Source of the DNA: Phoronis australis
Taxonomy: Eukaryota; Animalia; Phoronida
DNA: 64,000 nt
Reading direction: 5' to 3'
NCBI GenBank assembly: GCA_002633005.1
Contig: NMRA01000058.1
Span: 411,585 to 475,584, forward strand
The translations under genes and the position numbers were made by a program. Position 1 is the stretch's first letter. The number at the start of each line of letters is the position of its first letter. Under the pieces are notes generated by a model. It ran no database searches. It had not been told where the DNA came from and was given only the letters and a program-made list of their open reading frames with translations. Below, piece by piece: positions 12,909 through 24,603 of this stretch.

Positions 12909-15255
12909 AATTTCGCCAAGTATGTTGCTCTTCCACTAAGTTTGTTTGTTACTTGGCGGAATTCTGGGAATTCCGCCAAGTATGTTGGTCTGACAGCAAG
13001 TTTTTTTTTTTGTTTTTTTTTGTTTGTTCGCTCTCTACAGGTCGCAATTTTCGTCCGATTTTCACAAATTTGCACACAACATGTAGATTGGGAATCACTG
13101 GAACGCTATTGTTTTTGGTCATGATCGGATACAAAATGGCGGACGTGGCGGCCATTTTGTATCCGATTTCACAGTCAAATACTCGTAGAGGCCGCATTTT
13201 TCGACCTACATGGCTGAAAATCGGTAAGAATATACTAGAACGCATGTGCTACAATTGTGCAGAAAATCGTTGACTTCCGGTTAAAGATGGCGGAAATATT
13301 GGACGTGGCTCATACGCACCCCGAAATATGGCCAAAAACGTTTTCTTCTGTAGAGGGCGTATTTGCAAACCAATTACTTTCAAACTGGTCACGTGTTTGT
13401 TGAGTTTAATAAGCTTTTATAAAAAATTATTGGACCGGAAGTCACTTTCAAGATGGCGGCTGTGGCGCATGTACACACGGTTTCAATCGCTCTGGTGTCG
13501 CATTTTTAACGGGACAAGTAAATGACGTGAATTTTTGCATGTGGATTCCTTGAAGTATGGCCTTTCAAAAAGTTTGCGAGAGCGTATTTCTCAGACTTAC
13601 CGTTTTCGAGTTATTTGACTTTGAATTTCAAAAAAAACGGTAAATTTTCAATTTTCTCGAAAAATTTTTGGATTTTTGCCAAACTATCATTGTATATAGA
13701 ATTTTGAACGGGCTTTCATAAGATATTTTCCATTTTGCGCTACGACGTCTACTTTTTGAATTATTCGAGATTTTCGGATACCGTTATTCGTATGCACGCA
13801 CGCAGCTGGCTGGCTTTCAGTTCACTTAGTTTTGGTTATGCCTAGTTGACCCAGACTGACCCAGCCAGCACTGTCCTACTGCAGACTGGACCGTTATGTT
13901 GCGCCATCTATTGTTCTTTATTGTAGTTGATTGTATGCTCTCTATTTGATTTCTTCGCTAGTCACATGAATGTTATCGTTTTATTCATAATTGCCACCTA
14001 GATTGTCATGATTGTCGTCGTCCCTCTCATTGTCGTCTTTTCGATTAATTCCGCCTTGTGTCGCTCTTCCGAACGCTCTCGTTTTTTTGTTTGTTCGCAC
14101 GATACAGGTCGCAATTTTCGTCCGATCATCATGAAATTTACACATAACACCTACTTCCGGAAGTACTGGAAGCCTATTGTTTTTCGTCAAAATCGGATCC
14201 AAGATGGCGGCTGTGGCGGCCATTTTGTTTTCATTTAAAGGTTCAAATGCTTCTGGAGGCTACATTTTTTTACGTAAAAGGCTAAGAATCGGTACAGTAA
14301 ATGTACCGGAAGTTTTCTACAAGTATACCGGAAATTGTTTACTTTTGGTTAAAGATGGCGGAAATATCGGCGATCGCGCATGCGAACCTCGATTTTGGCC
14401 TAAAAACGTTTTCTCCTGTAGAGGGCGCATTATATGACCAATTTCTTCGAACTTTTACAGGTGTTAGTTTCTTATGACATGCTATTATACAAAGCCAAAA
14501 AACCGGAAGTTGCTTTCAAGATGGCGGATCTGGCGCATGTTGACCCATTTTCAGTTGTGCTGGAGTGCGATTTTAAACGGGAAGAGAAAAAGATGTGATT
14601 TTTTGCATGTGGATTCTTTGAAGTATATGCTTTCAAATGGCCTGTACAATTTTTTTTCTCAGACTTACCGTTTTCGAGTTATTTGACTTTGAATTTCTTA
14701 AAAAAAACACAAAATTTCATTTTTTTCGAAAAATTTACGGAATTAGGCAATACCATGAGTTTACATAGAATTTTGAACGGGCTTTCAGAAGATGTTTTCC
14801 ATTTTTCGCTAGGACGTCTACTTTTTGAGTTATTTGAGATTTTCTGATAACGCTGTTCCTTTGTTGAGCGCTCTTGCTGCATTGATGTTGGTTTATCTTC
14901 TATTGACTAGACTGTAGCCTACTTCTTATTGATTTATGACATCTAAGTTCGTCATATGAATGTTGTGATGTTGTTCATCATTGCCACCACCATCATAATA
15001 TTCGTCTTCATTGTCATCATCTTCGTCATCATCTCTGTCGTTGTCTTTTCTGTTAATTTCGCCAAGTGTCGCTCAAGACTGTAGCCTTTTTCTTACTGAT
15101 TTCGGACTTCTACGTTCGTCATGTGTATGATATTATTACTTCTTTTGTTCATCCTCGCCACCATCGTCGTCATATTTGTCATCTTCGTCATCATCTTTAT
15201 CGTCATCTTTTTGGTTAATTTCGCCAAGCTTCACTCCTCAGAGCGCTTTCATCTT
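12909..15255 (+). mobile_element. Head-to-tail dimer of a non-autonomous Helentron/DINE-1-like element inserted in the Copia protease
   Basis: Two related units of about 1.1 kb (about 12945-14085 and 14085-15255) each starting ttgtttgttcgc..tacaggtcgcaattttcgtccgat; 15-bp perfect hairpin 12950-12964/12968-12982; recurring aatttcgccaag; caagatggcgg..ggcggccattttg palindromes; no TSD seen. Confidence 0.65.
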
Positions 15256-17508
15256 GAGAGTCAACCTGAAGTTGGAATTCAAGACAGTTCCTAGTCAGAG
15301 ATCGTTCAAATTTGGCTTTGGGAAGAATATCGTGTCAACCAAGACAGTAACATTGGCAGCGCAAATTGGGGACACTGCATGCAAAATTAAAGTCGAGGTA
15401 GTTCCTGTTGACGTTCGTCTACTGCTGAGCAATGAAAGTCTAAAGAGGGCAGACACAAAAATTGACCTAAAGGAGAGCCGAGTCTCAATGTTCGGTCAAG
15501 ATGTACCTATTAAACACACATCATGTGGACACGTGCGTGGATATCCGAGCAGCGTGCCACAGAAAGAAGAGGTTGCAGAGGGTGAGCTTTTCTTCTTAGA
15601 TGCTAAGAATTTGAGTGTTAGTCTGAAGTCAAAAATGCTTATGAAATTACACTGTCAATTTGGCCATGCTACTTGAGATAGAATTAAGCAATCGCTGAAG
15701 TGTGCAAGCGTCAATGATGAGAATGTGTTTACATTGTTGAACAACATTATCTAGAAATGTGATACATGACAAAATTCAAGCAGCCAAGTCCTAGACCTGA
15801 AGCGTGTTCAACAGAATGAGCACCCCGCACCCGCTAGTGTGTACTCGTGAACACAAGGAACAGCTCCTGAACAGCAGTGAGTGCTCACTGTGCGATCCAG
15901 TATGGCGACTCTGAAGCAGATTGTGTTGAACGTCTTAGCCGATGAGCTTAACACTTTGAACAGTCCTTCGTATGGTATACTGAGTGATAAATATGATTAA
16001 TCATTGCCAATATTAATATCGGCAGCCCAAGACAACAACCGTGAAGGCTTTGGAACGACAAGAATCGAAAATTACGTCGAGGAAACTATTCCTTGCTAAA
16101 CCGACCCACAATTTAAGTCGCAGTTTCGGACGAGTCGGTCAACTTTTGAGGTTAGTTTTCGTGTTGCAGAACCATAATGGGTTCATATTATGCAGACGTG
16201 AAGCCTTCGCAAGGACGCCATCTTGAAATCTAAGCGAACATGTTCTCGAGGTTGTTCGCAAGCGCTCGCGAGTGCTAACGTAAACACAGCTGTTCAGGAC
16301 GAGGGCATTCAAATCGCTCGCGGGCGCTCACTCTATTGAACACGCTTCAGCTGTTGGCTTACCACTTGCAAGTGATTTTAATCAGACTGTGGCAGTCGAT
16401 TTGCAACAGTTGGGTCCAAATATGTGGTATTTACACATCATTGATGAATTTACACGCTTTAGTTCTGGGTGTATGATGCATTGTAAGAAAGCGAATGTAT
16501 ATGTTGACAATTTCATTAAGCATTGGATCAGTATTTTTGGGGCACCTCGATTGTCCAGTTATAATGGGGGAGAATTCAATAACGATGAAGTTAGGGACAT
16601 GGCAGAAAATTTCAACGTAGAGGAACTGACCACCCCGGCATTGTTCCCCCTGGTCTAATGGTACTCCAGAAAGAAACAACATGACGTTGACTGACATTCT
16701 GGAAAAATTGAAATCAAGTCATAATCTTGATTGGGAAACAGCATTGGCATGGGCCTTAATGGCTAAAAATTCATTGCACAATACATATGGTTTCAGTCCA
16801 TATCAGCTGGTTTTCAGCAGGAATCCAAATTTGCCATCAATTTTAATGGATAACCCCCCTGCATTGGTGGGCACAACCATGACTGAAAAAGTTGGTAATC
16901 ACATCAATGCGATGCATGCAGTAAGAGCTGCTTTTGCTATTAGACGGAAAGTTTGGAAAAGATTAGAAGAGCATTAAGGAAATAAACACGATCAGTTACT
17001 AATTTTTGTGATACTGGGGAAATTTACCTGACGGTGGAAGTCATTGGTTTGATGAACAAGTCTTGGAAAATAACAGCTATTTGGTGGAATTCAAAGAAAA
17101 TCAGATGGGTAGTTAGAAGTACATTGGTAGCTGAAACTTCAGCCATGGCAGAAGGCATTGATTTGTCTCTCTTCATAATGACAATTTCAGGTGAATTGGC
17201 ATGTGGGACACCAGATTCTACTGTTGTACAACTGATATGTTTTACTGATATTGCACACCAGATTCTACTGTTGTACAACTGGTATGTTTTACTGATTGTA
17301 AATCATTAGTGGAGGCAATTAAGTCACAAAAGTTTGTAACAGAGAAAAGGTTTCGAATGGAAATCAGTGGTATAAAGGAACTCATTGAAAACAAAAAAAT
17401 TATAAAGAAATTACATGGTGTGATTCTAAAGCTCACAAGCTTACAAAACGTGGAGCATCCTCTCTTGTACTGCGAAAAATGTTAGATACAGGCATGTTAG
17501 AATTTTAG
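15256..17508 (+). pseudogene. Copia C-terminal protease, integrase and RNase H remnants
   Basis: SFKFG; KLHCQFGH zinc finger; VAVDL..WYLHIIDEFTRFS; NGGEF; FSPYQLVF; RH motifs GNLPDGGS, WNSKKIRWVVRSTLVAET, EKRFRMEI, LTKRGAS; no RT motifs. Confidence 0.88.
15800..16347. mobile_element. PIF/Harbinger-like MITE (548 bp) inserted in the Copia integrase
   Basis: About 28-bp TIR aagcgtgttcaa(c/t)aga(a/g)tgagc; flanks CTG and CAG; removing it restores PSPRPAVGLPLASDFNQTVAVDL. Confidence 0.75.
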
Positions 17509-17596
17509 TTAGAACATTTAATGTATACGTGTTAGTAAAACTATACTAGATAGTTTTTGGTATATTGGATTATCTTAAGGAAAAGAGAGTAGAATT

Positions 17597-19104
17597 TGAT
17601 AACTATATTGGAATGCGTTTATATCCTGTAGTTACATAATCTGCTATCCCGTTGTTGTTTACGGTTTACTGGTTCCTATTTTGTAGTCATACTGTATTAG
17701 TCATGTATTCCTAGAACCTATTCACTTCCTGTGCTTCCCCTCCTTACACCGCCTCTTCATCCTGGGGGCAACTGTATTGCCAGTGCCCCCCCCCTCACTC
17801 ACCACTCCCCTTTCATCATGGGGTAACTGTATTGCATTCTCCATTTTCATTGGCACGCCCCTTCCACTCACCTTTTCGGGGTTCTCCCTCCCGGGCACTC
17901 TTTCCCGCCCCCTTTATACTTGTTGGTTTACCGATCATGCCCTATTATGGGTTATTCTCCACTTAACATTTTTTCCATACTTTATGTATTTTTACTTTTG
18001 ATGGTGTCTCCGTTTGCTGTGACTTGTCTGTTTGTATCTTAAGTCACCGTTTCTGTTTACTTATGCCTATAGACTGAGCATGCTTTTTGTTGGTTATATG
18101 TTCCTTATGTATATTCCTTAATATTTATCTAATCATATTAGCCTTGTATTCCTCCGGGTTTCAGTTACTATGATTTCGACACCTTGTTGTGTCGCTCTAT
18201 ATTTTTGTTTTTGTTTTGTCATGCTGCCTAGCTGTACCACTCCATGTTTGTATTTTCCTATTTACGTGCTTACTTTTGCCCCCTTTTCTTAATGCTCCTT
18301 TTGTCAGCCTCGCTCGCTCTCCCTTGGGTGGGCGGATGGATCTTTCTGCTGCATCTGTGGCAGATTGTCACCTACCTTTACAGTTCAACATATCATATAA
18401 CTTTTGTAATTACCGATATCTTTAGTAGTTTAGTTTGTCATGATATATATGATCTTTTATCTCACCTACACGTGTTTTTTCACTGTAAACTAGCTTCGGT
18501 ATCGCTTCGCAGTAAGCGCATATAGAAATTATTTAAGTATTAAATTATTTTATGTAAGCTATACTGCGTCGTCCTCATTATCATATTGTTTGGATTCTCG
18601 GGTCAGTGACCCTCTTTGTTCTACGATTAAGTCCACATGATCTCTTTGTCTTGTCGCAACACTGGGCCATCGTCCATAATTCTCTACAAATTTCAGTTTT
18701 CACTCAATTTCTCTTTCCCTCCCTCCCTCAAACCAATTTTCCATACTTCCCTGTTTATGCTTATCTTCCCCATGTCGCTGTCCTGGTGTTGCTGTTATGC
18801 TTCCGCATATTATTACTTAACTTTCTATTCACCACTTATGTATACCTTCATTGCTGCTTGGCAGATTGTCACCCACCTTTACAGTTCAACATATTATATA
18901 ACTTTTGTAATTATCGATATCTGTAGTAGTTTAGTTTGTCGTGATATATATGACCTTTTATCTCATCTACATGTGTTGTTTCACTGTAAACTAGCTTCGG
19001 TATCGCTTTGCAGTTAGCGTAAATAAATTCTATTATTTGTTGACATCAATACACTTTTAGTTCGACAAACAACTGGGCACAATCTTTGTTTTACTCACTT
19101 TTCA
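17597..19104 (+). repeat. Copia 3' LTR split by a 1.3-kb insertion (LTR parts 17597-17730 and 19045-19104)
   Basis: Both parts align to the 5' LTR; about 10 bp of LTR is missing at the junction. Confidence 0.88.
17731..19044 (+). mobile_element. Pyrimidine-rich insertion, probable non-LTR retrotransposon 3' UTR, with an about 165-bp internal duplication
   Basis: Duplicated blocks at about 18359-18523 and 18860-19022 ending cactgtaaactagcttcggtatcgc; terminates in aataaattctattatt; no coding motifs. Confidence 0.5.
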
Positions 19105-19824
19105 ACCAGTCTTTATGCCCTGAACACCAAGTCAAAATTTTACTTCCCCCCCTCCCCGGTGTCAGTTTTTCCTGCACCTCACATCCCCGGTGTCAGTATT
19201 GCCTGCACCTTTCCCATCCACACCATCCCCTTTGTTTCTGTACATTGTTATAGTCTCATTTGTAGTTTATTTTGTATTTTTTATTTCTTGGGTTACCCTA
19301 CTAGTCCGTATTTACTCCTTGTTACAGCCATTAAGGGCTCCGGCTATATTTTGTGCTCATTTATCTTTAACTTGTTTCTCTACCTCCTTTAGTTAAACTA
19401 ATGTTAGCTTTATTTCTGTTATGTTAGCTATTTTCTTATTTCTCTGTTAGCTGCTTTGATTTGATTGTTCACTGTCTTTTATTCTTTAGTTTCTCTCCCG
19501 TTTCATTTGCGTTTCCATATCGCTCCTTCCCTGTTTCTTATGTTTCTCGTTTTTCACTATTTTTCAAGTTCTAGCTTACCTTTTAGTTTGTTGTGTCATA
19601 TTTTTGTTCTTTATCACATTTTCTCGTTATTAATATCCTTTTTTTCCTGCAACGACATGGGGAGAGACAACACTGGCACATGTTCCAGCCCTGGGCAACC
19701 AGACCTCCCCCTCCGGTTTGGCACCCGGAGTTTGGGTTGAGTATCCAGCTGACAGTGTTTGTAAGTAGTCCTGCACATCTTTCCTTTCATTTCTCTGTTT
19801 TCGTGCATCCCTGCGGATGGGCAT

Positions 19825-19985
19825 TGTCATGTTGATTATGGCATGTAATGTTGTAATAAAAACACAATGAATGACTGACAAGGGCATACGATGTATATTG
19901 TTGAACTTCCGGCAAGGGATACATCAAAAGATGGATCGGGCAGTAAACCGTAAGTAGCTATAAAATGTGGAGCGATATCATCACA
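19825..19985 (-). repeat. Gypsy 3' LTR
   Basis: 8 mismatches in 161 bp against the 5' LTR (manual count); preceded on the minus strand by the PPT. Confidence 0.95.
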
Positions 19986-20192
19986 TCCCCCTTTTACCAA
20001 GAAAGGAAATCCTAAGACAATTACTATCAAATAAGAAAAATGCGATGTATAAAACACTAGGCTAGTTCAGGTGGACTACTGAAAAGCCACAGCATGGTAG
20101 GGGGGTTATTCTGCCCCGAGGTATATACCTGCTGTATGTAAGCTATCTAAAGTAAGTACTTAAAATCTAAGTGTGAGTAAATGCTCATAACA

Positions 20193-21640
20193 CTACAAGT
20201 TCATCTTTGGTGGTCGTTTCACAATCCTGCCACTACGAGTATGGTGTTGCGAGTAAGTGGGCAAGGTTGGGGTTTCGCGTACAGAAGGTTCTGCAAATGT
20301 CTCGTGTTTGGTCTGAGCAGCCTTCGAAACATCTGGAGCCGTTGATACACTTGGTGTTATGGGGATGTCTCGTATGTGTTGACGGTTTCTTCGGAACACG
20401 TGTCCATTTACATTTCTTAGCAGGAAGGAACGAGGACCATCTGCCTGGGATACTACGATAGCTGGATCCCAGCTTCCAGACACGGGGTGTTGTACTCTAA
20501 CTTTCTGACCAGGGTACAGAGGTGGTAATTCCTCTTTGAGTGAGTGTCGGTCAAAATATTTCTTCTGGTTCTCTTGTCGTTGCTGGAGAGCACCATCTAC
20601 ACTTGGTCCTTGTTTTGGTGATCATTTGCGATTTTCGTAGCAAGCGGAGACAGGATTCGTCTACCCATTAGTAGCTGTGCTGGACTTGGCAAGTCATTTG
20701 AGATTGGAGTGCAACGCCAGTGCAACAATGCGATTTCAGGTGTGGTGCCAGACTGCTTGGCCTTCTTGAGGATAGTCTTTACAGTCTTCACCTGGCGCTC
20801 TACGAAACCATTTCCCTGTGGTCTCCGAGGTGAGGTTGTCTCGTGGTTGAATCCCCACTCCATAGCAAATTCACGATAGGCAGCGCTGGAGAAGTGTGGC
20901 CCGTTGTCACTTACAACTTTGGACGGTATACCGAGCTCCGCGAAGACTTGGCTTGTGATGTTTACAACAACGCTGCTTGGTGAAGGAGTAGGTAGCTGTC
21001 GTACTACAGGATACTTAGAGTAGTAGTAAACTATGATCAGCCACTGGGACTCGTGGAGCTCAAAGAGGTCGGTACCTACAACATCCCATGGCTTTGTTGG
21101 AATGTCATGTTGCAGTATTGGCTCCAACATCTGGGATGGTTGATGGTGCTGGCATATGCTGCACGACTTGGTGAACCGGTCGATATCTTTGTTCATGTTT
21201 ACCCAGTACACTGTGTCCTTTGCGAGTAGTTTAGTTTTCTCCTGTCCCAGGTGGGCAGTGTGAAATTGTTTCAGGATATCGTCTTGCAGGGTCTGAGGAA
21301 TTACGATCTGTTGCCCTTTTAGGATGAGGCCATTGTCTACTGAGAGCTGATCCCTCAGACCCCAGAATGCCCTGACATCAGTTGGTAGCCGCTTAATCGT
21401 CTCTGGCCATCCCATAATGATGATTTCTCTCAGCTGGTTGAGTAAGGGGTCAGCCGCAGTGCAGTTTCTCAGTTCCTCGATGCGATTCATTGAGAAGCGA
21501 GCAGTATCAACTCGGACGTCTAGATCGATAGGTTCAGCGTTGCATGGTGATGGTAAACGTGAGAGTCCGTCAGCCAAAACGTTGTCGGATCCCTTGTTAT
21601 AGCAGAGGTTGAAGTTGTATCCCTGAAGTTGGATAAGCAT
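20193..21640 (-). pseudogene. Gypsy integrase with an interrupted C-terminal region
   Basis: HTAHLG..CSIC zinc finger; GTDLF; SDNGPHF; GFVER; SPAQLLMGR; stop at 20597; tail PRSFLL..RRNRQH..TRSGRIVKRP. Confidence 0.9.
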
Positions 21641-23361
21641 CCGCTGGAGGCGAGCTGGAGCTGAGGTGAGGGTTTGTCAATGATCATCACGAGCGGTTTA
21701 TGGTCAGTGAGTACCTGGAAAGTGTGACCGTACAAATATGTGTGAAACCTCTGGGTGCCAAATACGATTGCCAATAACTCACGCTCAATACATGCGTACC
21801 TCTGTTCGGCTGGTGTCAGGCTCTTGCTGGCATAGACAACAGGAACAAGAGTGCCAGTAGAATCGGTTTGCAATAGAGCGGCGCCTATGCCTTGGAGGCT
21901 TGCGTCACAGTGCATGTAGATTGGGAGCTTTGGGTTGAAGTACTGGAGAAGCGATGTCTCAGAGATTTCGCTCTTGAGGTCAGTGAAGGCTCTTTGGTGG
22001 TGTGGTTCCCACAGAAACTCCGAGTCTTTGTGTAGGAGGTCACGTAAGATGGCGGTTTTGGAACTGAAGTCTTTGACAAAGCGAGATAGGTAAGTCATCA
22101 CACCCAAGAGTTGTTGCAGTTGCGTTTTGTCACGTGGTTCTGACATCTCCTGCAGGTCACGAATCTTGGCTGGGTCGGGCTTCCTTCCAGTGTGAGTGTA
22201 CAAATTTCCAAAAAAGGATACTTCTTGGCGTTTTATGCTGCACTTGCTCGAGTTTAGCGTAAGTCCCTCCTGAGTTGCGATCTCCAGGAAGTGTCTAACA
22301 TTTTCGTCGTGCTCATTCTCTGTTGACCCATAGATGACGATGTCATCGGTGATTCCACATGCGCCTTTACACTTCTCAAGGATTCTATCCATTTCAAGTT
22401 GGAAAATGTCCTGGCTGACGTTGAGACCAAAAGGGAGCCGTTGGAAACAATACCGTCCAAACGGTGTTTGGAAAGTCATCAGAGCTTGACTTTCTTGGTC
22501 GAGCTTGATTGACCAATATCCCGACTTCGCGTCTAACTTTGAGAAGAATTTAGCGCCAGCGAAGCGATGGTTGAGTTCTTCGACTGTTGGAATCTGGAGG
22601 TATGGTCGTATGAGGGCTCTGTTTAGTGCTCGGGGGTACAGGCACACTCTTATTGTGTTGTCTCGTTTGGTTACGTATGTAAGCGAGCTCACCCAGTCAG
22701 TCGGCCCTTCGATACGACGAATGACCTGTTGTGATTCCATCTTGTCAAGTTCAGCTTTGATCTTCTCGCCCATAGCGATTGGTGTTCTTCTCGGTGGGTC
22801 TACATGACATGGTACGTTAGGCTTAACCATGAGCTTGTGAGTTTTCTGGAATTCGCCAATGCGGTCGAACCTGTCCGGGTAGAGGTACATCAAGTCAGCG
22901 ACACTGTGAATGGGTTGTTGGGCTGACACAGCACAGTTCAACGTTACGACGTTGAGCGCTTCTAAGGTTGGCAGGCCTAGTATCGCTGGTCCAGTGACGT
23001 CGATGACGTAGAACTCAGTGTTGGTCCATGGGGAGTCTCTGTATTTACATTGGATGGTTGTGGTGCCATGGCAGTTAATCTTCATGCTGTTGTAGGCAGT
23101 TAGCAGGCACCCTGGTGGGACGAGTGATTCAGGAATTGGGTTTCCAGACTTGTCTACGCTGTTCGGAAACATCTGTCGGAATACACATACAGGTAATGTG
23201 TTCGCTTGTGCCCCGGTGTCTACCTTCAGGTTGAAGTTGTGAGTTCCTGGGTGGTCACTCAGTTTGATGCGTAGATCAACAAATGCTTCGTCTCGGGCAT
23301 TCATTACACCAGCGGGATCTCTGTTGGAAGTGTGGACAGTGCTGAAGGTGAGGCCTTCCAT
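21520..23361 (-). pseudogene. pol: Gypsy Pol: protease, RT and RNase H (frameshifted near 21660)
   Basis: KVDTGAQ; FSKLDAKSGYW; RLPFGL; GITDD; DASLQGIGAALLQ; ERELLAIVFG; TDHKPL. Confidence 0.92.
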
Positions 23362-24235
23362 AGTTCATGTTGTTCATGGCGTGGTCGTCGTGTTTATCGA
23401 GACTGCCGACCTTCCGTATGGAACCAGTTTGTCTGTGCCGCGACTGGCTGCGACCCTTGGAGTTTGATCTCCCTTGTCGTTTCCTAGTTTTACGTTTTTC
23501 TGAGAAGCAGACCGTGGCCCAGTGGCCTACCTTGCCACACACACCGCAAGTGTCATTCTTGGCGGGGCAGAAGTCTCTGCCGAGGGTGTGGTCATGGCCG
23601 CAGTTTCGACACAGAGTTTGTCTGTTCCTAACACGCCCTCTGTATTGGTAACCATTCCGGTTTACGGCAGCGACCTGTGGATGGGGATTCTGGAAGGTGT
23701 GTAGTTGGGTGACATACTGTGCAGATGCCTCGTGTGTACGAGCTAGCTGTATAGCCGCTTCAATTGTGAAACCCTTCGGTTTGTTGAGTAGTTCTTTTTG
23801 CAGCTCAGGGATGGGTGTACTTGCAATCAGCAGTTCCACCAGGCGCTCGTTTGCCTCGGCGTCAGTGAAGTCACACTTCTTTGCTAGTAGCCGGCATCGG
23901 TTGATGAATGTGTCAGTCGTTTCCGATGGTTTCTGGTAGTATTTGCTGAGTTTCAGCCTGCAGACACGGTGGTTTGTCGCAGGCTCTAGCTTTTCGATGA
24001 AAGCGGAAAATATTTTATGTGCATCTTTGCGATCCTCTTCGCCTAGGGACCAACTGTTGTATCGTCGCAGGCCCTCTTCCCCAGTGGCAAGGAGAATGAT
24101 GGGAACCTTCTCACTTGCCTTTGTGCCCTTGACGGTGAAGTATAGTTCCATTCTCTCTCTGAAAAGGTGGAACGACTCGGCGATGTTGGGTGATCCCCAG
24201 TCAAATTGAGGCACTGACACGGATTGTGTAGCCAT
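23276..24235 (-). CDS. gag: Gypsy Gag with two Cys/His knuckles
   Basis: 319-aa ORF containing CRNCGHDH..FCPAKNDTCGVCGKVGHWATVC. Confidence 0.9.
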   Translation of the reverse strand: MATQSVSVPQFDWGSPNIAESFHLFRERMELYFTVKGTKASEKVPIILLATGEEGLRRYNSWSLGEEDRKDAHKIFSAFIEKLEPATNHRVCRLKLSKYYQKPSETTDTFINRCRLLAKKCDFTDAEANERLVELLIASTPIPELQKELLNKPKGFTIEAAIQLARTHEASAQYVTQLHTFQNPHPQVAAVNRNGYQYRGRVRNRQTLCRNCGHDHTLGRDFCPAKNDTCGVCGKVGHWATVCFSEKRKTRKRQGRSNSKGRSQSRHRQTGSIRKVGSLDKHDDHAMNNMNYGRPHLQHCPHFQQRSRWCNECPRRSIC

Positions 24236-24421
24236 ATCGTCGAAGGGTGAGGGTAGAATAACACAAGATACTGTATGAAACAGAACGTGGCGGCCGGTGA
24301 GTCGTTGCTTGTCGGGACGTTACGCCGACAACTCACAGAAGTTAATGCTTGTTTACAACGGGTTACTCACGGTTGCCTGATAGTGTGGAGGTTGCAGGTC
24401 ACTTCAAGTCCGTTGCCACCA

Positions 24422-24582
24422 TGTCATGCCGATTATTGCATGTAATGTTGTAATAAGAACACAATGATTGACTGACAAGGGCATACGATGTATATTGTTG
24501 AACTTCCGGCAAGGGGTACATCAAAAGATGGATCGGGCAATAAACCGTAAGTAGCTATAAAATGTGGAGCAATATCATCACA
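24422..24582 (-). repeat. Gypsy 5' LTR
   Basis: Followed on the minus strand by the PBS at 24410-24421. Confidence 0.95.
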
Positions 24583-24603
24583 GGCATGAGCTGTCATACA
24601 ACA

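Larger units (their letters stand above)
11565..19104 (+). mobile_element. Ty1/Copia LTR retrotransposon, GalEa-type, degenerate, RT deleted, with nested insertions
   Basis: TG..CA LTRs; TSD ACCAG at 11560-11564 and 19105-19109; PBS TGGTAGCAGAGC; polypurine tract about 17577-17594; domain order gag, PR, INT, RH. Confidence 0.92.
19825..24582 (-). mobile_element. Ty3/Gypsy LTR retrotransposon (Mag/SURL-like), near full length
   Basis: 161-bp TG..CA LTRs; TSD GGCAT at 19820-19824 and 24583-24587; PBS TGGTGGCAACGG (tRNA-Leu-like); PPT AAAAGGGGGA; domain order gag, PR, RT, RH, INT. Confidence 0.96.

Noticed and set aside
17777-19835. Many short hydrophobic ORFs resembling membrane peptides
   Set aside because: Artefacts of T-rich repeat DNA, with overlapping frames and alternative starts.
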